Virus record (IMG/VR): IMGVR_UViG_3300042517_000526
Location: 1 to 36,470 of that record
Length of the DNA: 36,470 nt
Origin: a virus
Lineage: Duplodnaviria; Caudoviricetes
Strand: one strand, 5' to 3'
Part shown: piece after piece, positions 1 through 7,273 of the stretch
How positions within the stretch are numbered: the first letter of the stretch is position 1
Layout of the letters: every line of letters begins with the position of its first letter
Translations under genes and position numbers: made by a program
Notes under the pieces: generated by a model
Seen by the model: the letters and a program-made list of their open reading frames with translations, nothing else
What the model was told of the DNA's origin: nothing
The model's database searches: none

Positions 1-116
1 GGGCAGACGAGCCGCCACGATGATCGCTTCCTGTTGGGCGATGAATCCTTTGGATACCGCAGAAGGCAGCGAAGCGTAGTTAAATACGTTCACGCCGTGA
101 ATTTCGCCAAGGCTGG
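1..116. repeat. 116-bp terminal direct repeat, left copy (circular contig overlap)
   Basis: 1-116 is identical to 36355-36470; the capsid reading frame runs uninterrupted across the junction. Confidence 0.97.
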
Positions 117-702
117 CGCCGCCGACGAGGTCGGTGGAGCGCTGGGCATTCGCCACCACTACGGAATCTTTGGAAAGATTGGCGTAGTTGGTAGGGCTGA
201 GAACGGCAAACCGTCCACCCATAGGTGCCTTTGCGCTGTTGAGTTGAGCCGCGATGTCGACGATGGAACCAAAGGTCACTGCACCGGCCGCGATGGTTGC
301 GGTCGTGGTGTAGTTGCTGTTGGTTACCAACGCGAGAACGGTATCAACCATGCTCTTTCCAAGAGCGTGGGCCGCTTGCGCTGCAAAGCGCTCGACCAAG
401 TTGATCGAGGAGCTGGTGCGCTCGTCATCATTCAAAGCGTACGAGACGTGTTTGAAATTTGAGAGGGTCACGGCGACATCCGTCTGAGTTGCATCGCCAG
501 CCACGTATCCGGCCGTGCTGGAATAATCCGAGGCAGACTGGATCGAGACGGTGTGGGTTATGATCGCGTCACCCTTGCGGGCGGTAGCGTCCGAGAAATC
601 GGAAACGCCGGAAGCGATCCATGAGTAGTTTTCAACCAGCAATTCGAGAGCACGTTGTGCTACGACTTTGCCGTTGCTCGTTGTTGCGAGGCTATTTGCC
701 AT
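1..702 (-). CDS. Major capsid protein, 5' part (continues at 36354..36178; 292 aa in total)
   Basis: Hand translation from ATG 702 (MANSLATTSNGKVVAQRALELLVENYSW...) is open to base 1 and joins the 36178 ORF (...AARLP/EIPN...); AGAAGGA RBS; follows the protease/scaffold gene; P22-coat/HK97-like motifs (GRFAVLSP, LGEIHGVNVF). Confidence 0.88.
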   Translation of the reverse strand, partial: MANSLATTSNGKVVAQRALELLVENYSWIASGVSDFSDATARKGDAIITHTVSIQSASDYSSTAGYVAGDATQTDVAVTLSNFKHVSYALNDDERTSSSINLVERFAAQAAHALGKSMVDTVLALVTNSNYTTTATIAAGAVTFGSIVDIAAQLNSAKAPMGGRFAVLSPTNYANLSKDSVVVANAQRSTDLVGGASLGEIHGVNVFNYASLPSAVSKGFIAQQEAIIVAARLP

Positions 703-723
703 AGTTCTATCCTTCTTTCTTAG

Positions 724-1170
724 TTATCGTGCGAGCTTGATTTGGTTGAAAATCTCCGCCGCACGACGGGGATCTTTTTCTGCGTTAAACTTCGCGAGAA
801 GTTCATTACGAGAAAGGGGTTTGGCTTCGCTGATCTCAACGGGCTGGGTGCCTTTGCTGGCTTCCAGCTCGACAGTGAGGCGAGCGAGCTTGGTTTCGAG
901 AGCGACGATCTTGTCGTTAGATTCTAGATTGGCGCTGGCTTCAGGTGCAGGAGCTTCCACAACTGCGGGCGCTTCTTCTGCCACGGGTGCTTCGGCTACT
1001 GCGGGAGTTTCTTCAACCACGGCTTCAAACTTGGCGGCAAATTTGCCGACGAGTTCGTCGATCCGGGCGGAGAGAGCGGCGATGGCCTGCTCGGCATTAA
1101 ACGCCGGGGCCGCCGGTGCTTCGGGCGCGGCTTCGATAACCGGCGCTGATTCTTTGACTGATGTTTCCAT
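724..1170 (-). CDS. Nested in-frame scaffolding protein (Nu3-like), 148 aa
   Basis: Internal ATG at 1170 (METSVKES...) at the protease/scaffold boundary, with its own TTGACA element at 1188-1193. Confidence 0.6.
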   Translation of the reverse strand: METSVKESAPVIEAAPEAPAAPAFNAEQAIAALSARIDELVGKFAAKFEAVVEETPAVAEAPVAEEAPAVVEAPAPEASANLESNDKIVALETKLARLTVELEASKGTQPVEISEAKPLSRNELLAKFNAEKDPRRAAEIFNQIKLAR

Positions 1171-1617
1171 ATTAAGCGATTTACGAGTGTCAACCCGTGC
1201 GGAATAAACGCCTGTCGGATTAGCCGCTGGGGTAGTCACGAGATCGACGGAGTAGAGCGTGCTGACGTCAGCCAGTTGAGTGCCGTCCTCTGCCATTCTG
1301 GGCACGCCACTAAAGCTGATGGAGAATCCGATCTGCCCAGGAAGCGTGCCGATTAGTTCGCTGAAATAGGCAAAGCCTTCGTGGCTCTCAAACAAGGTAA
1401 GATCCGCACGGACGCGACCGCCGTCTAGGGTAAAGTTTTCTAGGTATCCGATGATGTTAGAAACGCTAGAGCTGTGGTCAGAGAGTACCTTGACCTGACC
1501 TAGATCGTTACCAGCCCGGACAACTTGTTCCAGAGTGTCTGCGTCGATGACCATCCCGTGACCCAAAGCAGGGCCAGCGGTGATGACAGAAATTCCCTTA
1601 AATAGTTTTTGAGCCAT
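724..1617 (-). CDS. Prohead protease-scaffold fusion
   Basis: N-terminal HK97-type protease motifs (SDH, IGFSISF, SVDLVTTPAANPTG); Ala/Glu/Pro-rich coiled-coil C-half; lies between portal and capsid. Confidence 0.85.
   Translation of the reverse strand: MAQKLFKGISVITAGPALGHGMVIDADTLEQVVRAGNDLGQVKVLSDHSSSVSNIIGYLENFTLDGGRVRADLTLFESHEGFAYFSELIGTLPGQIGFSISFSGVPRMAEDGTQLADVSTLYSVDLVTTPAANPTGVYSARVDTRKSLNMETSVKESAPVIEAAPEAPAAPAFNAEQAIAALSARIDELVGKFAAKFEAVVEETPAVAEAPVAEEAPAVVEAPAPEASANLESNDKIVALETKLARLTVELEASKGTQPVEISEAKPLSRNELLAKFNAEKDPRRAAEIFNQIKLAR
1188..1193 (-). promoter_or_regulatory. TTGACA element 17 nt upstream of the internal scaffold ATG
   Basis: One of seven start-proximal copies. Confidence 0.6.
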
Positions 1618-1631
1618 GCCCGCGCATGGCG

Positions 1632-1637
1632 TGTCAA
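1632..1637 (-). promoter_or_regulatory. TTGACA element 14 nt upstream of the protease ATG
   Basis: One of seven start-proximal copies. Confidence 0.6.
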
Positions 1638-1638
1638 A

Positions 1639-1839
1639 TTACTCCTGCGGAGGAAGCGGAGGAGTTAGGTGGGCGTTAATCTTTTCTAGTTCTGCTACGG
1701 CCTTTTTCAGTAGTGCCTCACTGCGTAAGGATGAATTTGATATTTGAAAAACAAACACAGGCAAAAGCAGAAGCAGTACCAGCAAAAAGAAAGCACCTAC
1801 AGCAAGCAAAACATAGATAAAGCCTCCAACGCCTGTCAT
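1639..1839 (-). CDS. Small single-pass membrane protein (moron-like)
   Basis: Long hydrophobic N-terminal helix and short coiled tail; fills the gap between portal and protease. Confidence 0.65.
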   Translation of the reverse strand: MTGVGGFIYVLLAVGAFFLLVLLLLLPVFVFQISNSSLRSEALLKKAVAELEKINAHLTPPLPPQE

Positions 1840-1843
1840 GTTC

Positions 1844-1870
1844 TAAGCCTGCTCCTACTCGGCAGGCTTA
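1844..1870. promoter_or_regulatory. Stem-loop between the portal stop and the membrane-protein start
   Basis: TAAGCCTGC-N9-GCAGGCTTA inverted repeat; contains an AGGAG on the minus strand. Confidence 0.5.
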
Positions 1871-1875
1871 ATCAA

Positions 1876-3483
1876 CTACTTTCTCTTTTTTGTTTTAGGC
1901 TTTGCTCCGATCCCGATCGCCTTAACCACCATATTCATCTCTTTTGCTGTAAGGTTAAAATCTGGCTCGTCACGCATTGTGAAAGTTTCTGTGGATGGAA
2001 TCGATGCCTGCACTGGCTCAATCGCTTCCTCAAGCTGGGGCTGTACGGTCGTATCCTCTGGCAACGGTGCGGCCGGTGGCGTGACTGCCACGGGTTCAGT
2101 AGGAGCAGCGGGTGCGCCTGTGATCTGCACGTCTGCCATAGTCAGCCCAGCTTCCTGTGCCTTTTGCTTAATGTAGATCTGCTCGGCAATCTTCTGATTT
2201 ACGATCTCCTGCCAATCGGATCCGCGCTCTGCGCTGATGTCGGCCAGAGTCTTAATGCCCATCTTTAGATCCTCACGGTCGGCGGCGCTGTCCCGGCCGG
2301 CGTCGATCGTAGTGCGGGCTGGGGTGTGATAGACCGCTTCCCACCACATCGCCATCCCCCTGGGCGGAGTCAGATCGCCACGTTTAATCGCCTTGGCCAG
2401 TGCCCACTTGCGAACCCGTTTCAGCATCTGCTCAATCACCGCGTCGGAAATCTCGTCGAATCGGCGTTGAGCCTGGGCGAGAACGAACCGCTGGCTGGGG
2501 CCGGTAAGTTCATTGGGCGACCAAATGTAGGCGTAAGGTACGCCAAGCCCGGACGCCACTGCCCGGATGTACTGATCCATGTGTTGCTGAAGATTCTGGC
2601 TAGGCCGATCGTTTTTGATCTCACGCAGTGTCTTGCCCATCGGGACGTTGACCAAGGCACCACCACCGAAAAGGTTGTCGGTCGTTAGGTTTGTTGAATC
2701 AGTCTCTGTCGGGTTAAAGAATCCAGGACCGGAGTTGGTCGTCGATTCGATAGCCATCCCGATCTGCCCTGCCCGCTTACAGGCCAGCATCTCGTAGTCC
2801 AGAATCTCGTCCCGATCCAGTAACAGATTGATGCACGATGCCAGCTTGGAAAGCGAACGCACTTCGTCTGCCCTGTCGCGTTCTGCCAGCAGAATTAGAT
2901 CGGCAGCCTGCACTTCTGTGAATGTGTCGCCGTTTATGCCGGTGCGGATGTAGTAGCTCAAAGGCCGCCCAAACTTGTTCATCCGAACGCCGTCGAAAAT
3001 CTTGGCGTCGTCCTTCACGTAGGATGGGGTTTCACAGCGGTGCCCTTCCACCATTTGCAACATCGGCCAGCCGTCGCCGTTATCAGTCAAAAGTATAAAA
3101 ATTTCATTATCGCGTAGCATGGTGCGGGTGGCAACTTGCTGCATCGCTTGGTAAGTAAGAATACCGCGCACGTCGCAAGATCCTTCCCACATCGCCAACC
3201 ACTCCTCTGTCGCCTTGTTCCAGCCCTCGTCCTTTGTGCGTGCCTGGCATTTGATGCCGGCGCCGATCGCGTTCCGCGTCATCGTATCAATCGCCCCGCG
3301 AACGATAGCACTATTGTAACAAAGCCAGCGGGAAAGAGCGGCGATCGATTGCCGAGATGCAGAGCTGACGTCCAGCTTTGTGTCGGCCAGTTGGGCATCT
3401 ACCCAACGGCGTTTGCGTGGATCGTGCCGGGCGGCATTAACCATGCGCGACCAGCTCGAAATCACTTTGCCGACGATGTCCAT
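1876..3483 (-). CDS. Portal protein, lambda family
   Basis: Motifs NSAIVRGAID, AIGAGIK, DGVRMNKFGRPLSYYI, VASGLGVPY, GIKTLADISAERGSDWQE; start taken at ATG 3483 (MDIVGK). Confidence 0.93.
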   Translation of the reverse strand: MDIVGKVISSWSRMVNAARHDPRKRRWVDAQLADTKLDVSSASRQSIAALSRWLCYNSAIVRGAIDTMTRNAIGAGIKCQARTKDEGWNKATEEWLAMWEGSCDVRGILTYQAMQQVATRTMLRDNEIFILLTDNGDGWPMLQMVEGHRCETPSYVKDDAKIFDGVRMNKFGRPLSYYIRTGINGDTFTEVQAADLILLAERDRADEVRSLSKLASCINLLLDRDEILDYEMLACKRAGQIGMAIESTTNSGPGFFNPTETDSTNLTTDNLFGGGALVNVPMGKTLREIKNDRPSQNLQQHMDQYIRAVASGLGVPYAYIWSPNELTGPSQRFVLAQAQRRFDEISDAVIEQMLKRVRKWALAKAIKRGDLTPPRGMAMWWEAVYHTPARTTIDAGRDSAADREDLKMGIKTLADISAERGSDWQEIVNQKIAEQIYIKQKAQEAGLTMADVQITGAPAAPTEPVAVTPPAAPLPEDTTVQPQLEEAIEPVQASIPSTETFTMRDEPDFNLTAKEMNMVVKAIGIGAKPKTKKRK

Positions 3484-3484
3484 T

Positions 3485-3802
3485 TTAGTAGGTGGTTTCC
3501 CTAAACCGTGGGTAAGTGACGAGGCTCTGATCGCCTGTAAAGATTGCGGCCACTTCGGCATCGTTCTTTCCTTGGATCAAACGCCAGCCGTCCAGAGCTG
3601 CTTTCGCCACCTCAACGGGCGTGATGCCAGCGGTGACTTGGTAGCTGAACGATTTGCCAGCCACGCTTGCGTTAATCATTGTCCGGCCTCCGTTTTGAAA
3701 AACGGTTGCCTGCCCAGCGGCAATAGACTCCAAGGCCAGCAGCAACGCGGTTGCGTTTTTGCTGCTCTGAATCCAAAGGGAAAAAAGGAGAGCACGATCC
3801 AC
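3485..3802 (-). CDS. Head completion / head-tail joining protein (gpW-like position)
   Basis: Small ORF between large terminase and portal; 'ASVAGKSFSY' resembles the gpW beta-hairpin. Confidence 0.6.
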   Translation of the reverse strand: MDRALLFSLWIQSSKNATALLLALESIAAGQATVFQNGGRTMINASVAGKSFSYQVTAGITPVEVAKAALDGWRLIQGKNDAEVAAIFTGDQSLVTYPRFRETTY

Positions 3803-3818
3803 GACTCCGTTCCCATCG

Positions 3819-3824
3819 TGTCAA
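3819..3824 (-). promoter_or_regulatory. TTGACA element 16 nt upstream of GTG 3802
   Basis: One of seven start-proximal copies. Confidence 0.55.
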
Positions 3825-5564
3825 TCATACCTTCGCCTCCTGTGCCATCGCTGCTTCCGCTTGAATCACCTTCCCCCACACCGCAAATCCAGCCAGGTAA
3901 GTTTCGCAATCGTATAAATGGTCTTGCCTGCCCTTTACTCGAATCCACTCATAAACATCCTTGCCGGTCTTGCGGTTAATGCGATGTGCCTTTCTGTGGC
4001 TGGCCATGTGCTCGCGGTATTCCGGGCTTACATCATGGGCCACTTCCCACAGCGGCCCCTGCCCTCTACGCAACCAAGCCAGCAAATCTTGGCAGGCCGG
4101 AGAGCTAAGAAGGAGCAGGCGACAGCCTGCATCCGTTGGCTGATCGGAACTGTGTACCGACTTCATCCGGCCGGCTTGGCTTTCAATGTAGTAGTATTGG
4201 CGTTCCTCACCCTTGATCGCCGTCCATCCGTAACGAGCGGCGATGCGGTAGGTGTCTTGGGTTTCATAACCTGAGTCGATGCACGTATGAATGTTCTTCA
4301 CGCCTAGCTCGGCCAGCGTGTGAGCCACGTCCTCGATCGTTCGGCGGCGGCCTTCCTCAATCAGTCTGCTCGATCCGTCTCTGGCAAACGCCCGCACCAC
4401 AAACCAAAACTCGTCGATCTGCCTGTCGATTGCGGCCAGCTTAATGTGATCCGTTTCCCATTCCTGCTTTTTGGCAAAGGCTCCAGGCGGGATATTGTTT
4501 AGCTCGTTGTCGTCGAACTGATCTTCCCACGGCATCGCACTCCACCCGTTCACCCATCCTTGCAACCCGTGCAGATAATGCTTTTCCGTCAGGAACTTTT
4601 TAGCGCAATCAGCGAACGTGATCGTGGGCGAGTACCAGCTCGGCAGGCGGAACGATCGACGGCCAACCTCCGAGCTTGCGTTTGCCGCCACCCACTTGCC
4701 CTGCTCGATCGACTGGCGGCGATTGCGCTCACTCCACGGAGCGTCGCATTTTGTGCAGTAGTAAGATGCAGTTTCGGTCACCTTTCGCATATCCCATTTG
4801 CCATCTTCCGATCGTGCCGTTTCATCCCATCGGATCTGCCCGAACTCCATCGCTTGATATTCCCCGCACGAATGGCAAGGCACATGGAAAGTCTCCTGCG
4901 TCCCAGCTTGGTAATTGATCCAGATGTCGCCGGTGTTCAGCGTCGGAGTCGAAGTCAGTACGTGCTTACGTTGTGGGAACGCCTTTGTCCGTTCCAACGC
5001 CAGGGAGTAAGCGGCCGCGTCCTTTTCAGATGGAGCTGCAAAAGAATCCAGCTCGTCCAGAACTGCGATGCAGATCGGGCGTGAACTAAGATTGGCCGGA
5101 CTGTTGCTGCCAACCAGAGAAAGCGTCATCGTTGCAAACTGCATCTCTAGGATCTTCAGGTCGTCCAGATCCTGCGGGAATAGTCGCTTCACCGGCTTGC
5201 ACTTCTCGAAGATTGGAGTCAGTCGCGTCTCGCTGTACGACCTAGCCAGATCCGCGTTTGGCATGACGAGCAGTGCAGGCGCGGGATCGTTCGCAATTCT
5301 ATAAGCCAACCAGATGGCGAGCGTCAGCGTCTTGCCTGTTTGTGATCCCCAGCAAAGCGTCACCGTATGGACGCCCGGATCGGCCAGTGCTTCCAGCACG
5401 CCCCGCACGTAAGGCGTCCACGTCGTGTTGTATAAACCCGGCCGAGCCGTCAGCCTGCTGTCTAGCTGGATGTTTTTCTCCGCCCACTCAATCACCCCTG
5501 GCGGCTTTTCGTAGTGCCAGCGTATGCGTGCTCGTCGGCGTAACTCCTCTTGAGCCTTGGTCAC
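3825..5564 (-). CDS. terL: Terminase large subunit, GpA family
   Basis: TPY motif, Walker A GSQTGKT, Walker B VLDELD, STPT coupling motif, CxxC pairs, C-terminal nuclease DHLYDCETY. Confidence 0.96.
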   Translation of the reverse strand: MTKAQEELRRRARIRWHYEKPPGVIEWAEKNIQLDSRLTARPGLYNTTWTPYVRGVLEALADPGVHTVTLCWGSQTGKTLTLAIWLAYRIANDPAPALLVMPNADLARSYSETRLTPIFEKCKPVKRLFPQDLDDLKILEMQFATMTLSLVGSNSPANLSSRPICIAVLDELDSFAAPSEKDAAAYSLALERTKAFPQRKHVLTSTPTLNTGDIWINYQAGTQETFHVPCHSCGEYQAMEFGQIRWDETARSEDGKWDMRKVTETASYYCTKCDAPWSERNRRQSIEQGKWVAANASSEVGRRSFRLPSWYSPTITFADCAKKFLTEKHYLHGLQGWVNGWSAMPWEDQFDDNELNNIPPGAFAKKQEWETDHIKLAAIDRQIDEFWFVVRAFARDGSSRLIEEGRRRTIEDVAHTLAELGVKNIHTCIDSGYETQDTYRIAARYGWTAIKGEERQYYYIESQAGRMKSVHSSDQPTDAGCRLLLLSSPACQDLLAWLRRGQGPLWEVAHDVSPEYREHMASHRKAHRINRKTGKDVYEWIRVKGRQDHLYDCETYLAGFAVWGKVIQAEAAMAQEAKV

Positions 5565-6040
5565 AGAGCTGCCTCAACCTGGCGCATGATCTGCCCGACT
5601 TCGTTCTCGACCTCGGCCTCCACCTCAACCGCTGGGCGATTGGCACAGATCGGGGCCAACCGCTTTGCCATCCCTTTGAGTAGTGGCACAAGTGCGTTAT
5701 CCCTTGCGGCCAGTACCTTGTCGGCTTCGTCTACTGGCACCATCGTGCCCTCTGCCTGATCAATGTCTGGCCGGTCGCCCTTCATTCGACGCAAGGCTTC
5801 CACTAGCTTTGTGTAGTTGCTGATCAGCTCGGAGCGGTCGGCCCTTGTGTCGTCCTTTGCCGATTCGCCTAGGCTCGCTGCCAGATCCTCAAGCCGCTGG
5901 ATCTCCACGTCCAACCCGCCGCCCTTCGCCTTCACGAGCGGCTGGGCCTCCACTTTCTTACGCTGTAGGTAGACGGTGGCTCGGGATTTACCCGTGGCCG
6001 CCATCGCCCTCTTAACGTCGTGATTAACTGGCCTACCCAT
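5561..6040 (-). CDS. terS: Terminase small subunit (Nu1-like)
   Basis: Directly upstream of and overlapping terL; N-terminal HTH-like segment (TGKSRATVY) and helical C-terminus (EGTMVPVDEA). Confidence 0.8.
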   Translation of the reverse strand: MGRPVNHDVKRAMAATGKSRATVYLQRKKVEAQPLVKAKGGGLDVEIQRLEDLAASLGESAKDDTRADRSELISNYTKLVEALRRMKGDRPDIDQAEGTMVPVDEADKVLAARDNALVPLLKGMAKRLAPICANRPAVEVEAEVENEVGQIMRQVEAAL

Positions 6041-6061
6041 AAGACACAATTATTGCGGGGC

Positions 6062-6200
6062 CACACTCAAGGAATTTACGGGAGTCGTTTCCACCGCGAT
6101 GTTTCTACTCAAGGAGACTCCTTGTGTCGGATTAAAATTCCTACTCAAGAAATTTTGACGACTCCTACTCAATAGAATTTTATCACGCATACTCAAGAGC
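6062..6200. repeat. Five ACTCAA-core direct repeats plus a palindrome; candidate cos/pac or late regulatory region
   Basis: ACTCAA cores at 6065, 6107, 6143, 6167, 6191; CAAGGAG-A-CTCCTTG palindrome at 6110-6124; upstream of terS. Confidence 0.7.
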
Positions 6201-6654
6201 CTTTGCCAGTCAGCTCAGTGTACTTCTTAGCGATCGGCTCTGCGTAGCGGATGAACTCTGTACGCATGTCGGCTGTCCAGGCTTCAGGCTTGGATCGGTT
6301 CAGGAACCACTGACTAACCTTAATCAGCGGAAAGAAGAACGGTTTGCGTTCGCTTGGTACGGATGTCGTGATCGGATCGGGAAGCATCTCTGTCCACAGC
6401 ATGATCTGGCGCAAGGCGGTTGGGTCACCGTCTTGCAGTTTCTTCTGATGTGCCGCTACACGTTCTAACCGCTTGCCTTGCTCATCAGTTAGATCAACCG
6501 ACTCTAGCAACGCAGACACGTTCTCACCTTTATCTCGTGCGTTAGATATGATGGCACCGGCCTGTGCTGCCAAGCCAATCACCTCACCCATCTGCTCAAG
6601 CGTTTCGGTACGCCTCTTGTTTAGCTTTTTAATTACTTCTTTGAGTTCTTGCAT
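6193..6654 (-). CDS. Hypothetical protein (weak DUF3102-like resemblance)
   Basis: 153-aa helical ORF packed in the operon. Confidence 0.6.
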   Translation of the reverse strand: MQELKEVIKKLNKRRTETLEQMGEVIGLAAQAGAIISNARDKGENVSALLESVDLTDEQGKRLERVAAHQKKLQDGDPTALRQIMLWTEMLPDPITTSVPSERKPFFFPLIKVSQWFLNRSKPEAWTADMRTEFIRYAEPIAKKYTELTGKGS

Positions 6655-7124
6655 CTGTCCCTGCCTTTCAATAATGCGGCGTTGTTAAACTTAGGAATCT
6701 GACGACGCCGCTTGTCGTGGTGCTTCCTTGCTCTGAGGTCGTATGCCTCACGAGCCTTTTGGCTTTTCTGTGCTCTGACAGGCAAACCAAGGCGATCAGT
6801 TAGACTGAGCACCCGCTTGCTAAAAGCCTGCTTGGTAATCTTGTGTTCGCTTGCAAGCTGGGTCATGGACTTGGTCGACCTGTTAAGCACGACCGCCAGC
6901 ACAGACTGCTCCAACGTGTCGGCCATGTTCTGAACGGCTGGATGGTCTGGCGCCTTAGTTATAAGGTAATGGAATACCTGTGTGGTTAAAGCCACTGACG
7001 ACGTTGTAACAGTTAGACCCAGCTCACAGAACGCCTCATGGACTAGATCCGCTATGCCGTCGATCCGGGTGGATATGTGGGCCGAACCGCAAGGGATTCG
7101 TTCTAACGCTTGCTGATCTATCAT
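6633..7124 (-). CDS. HTH protein (sigma region-4/YlxM-like), candidate late transcription regulator
   Basis: SMTQLASEHKITKQAFSKRV HTH; sits between the origin and the packaging genes. Confidence 0.6.
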   Translation of the reverse strand: MIDQQALERIPCGSAHISTRIDGIADLVHEAFCELGLTVTTSSVALTTQVFHYLITKAPDHPAVQNMADTLEQSVLAVVLNRSTKSMTQLASEHKITKQAFSKRVLSLTDRLGLPVRAQKSQKAREAYDLRARKHHDKRRRQIPKFNNAALLKGRDRCKNSKK

Positions 7125-7140
7125 ATTAGATTAACCCCCT

Positions 7141-7272
7141 AAGTGCAGTCGTTAGTGCAGTAATGGAAACGGCCTTCTGCATTAGTGCAATAATAGGCCC
7201 TAAAGGGCCTTTATTACTGCACCTACATGCTCCGCAATACTGCACTAGTGCAGTAATAGTTATTGCACTAAC
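7141..7272. repeat. Putative replication origin: (TA)GTGCAGTAAT-like iterons in both orientations with palindromes
   Basis: About seven GTGCA(G/A)T-type units; perfect 18-bp palindrome TACTGCACTAGTGCAGTA at 7238-7255; AGGCCC-TAAA-GGGCCT hairpin; immediately downstream of the primase-helicase. Confidence 0.75.
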
Positions 7273-7273
7273 T

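Noticed and set aside
34-1207. Plus-strand ORFs 34..462 and 668..1207, and similar plus-strand ORFs genome-wide
   Set aside because: Antisense shadows of well-supported minus-strand genes
6062-7272. CRISPR mini-array in the ACTCAA or GTGCAGTAAT repeats
   Set aside because: Repeats are too short, degenerate and irregularly spaced; no cas operon
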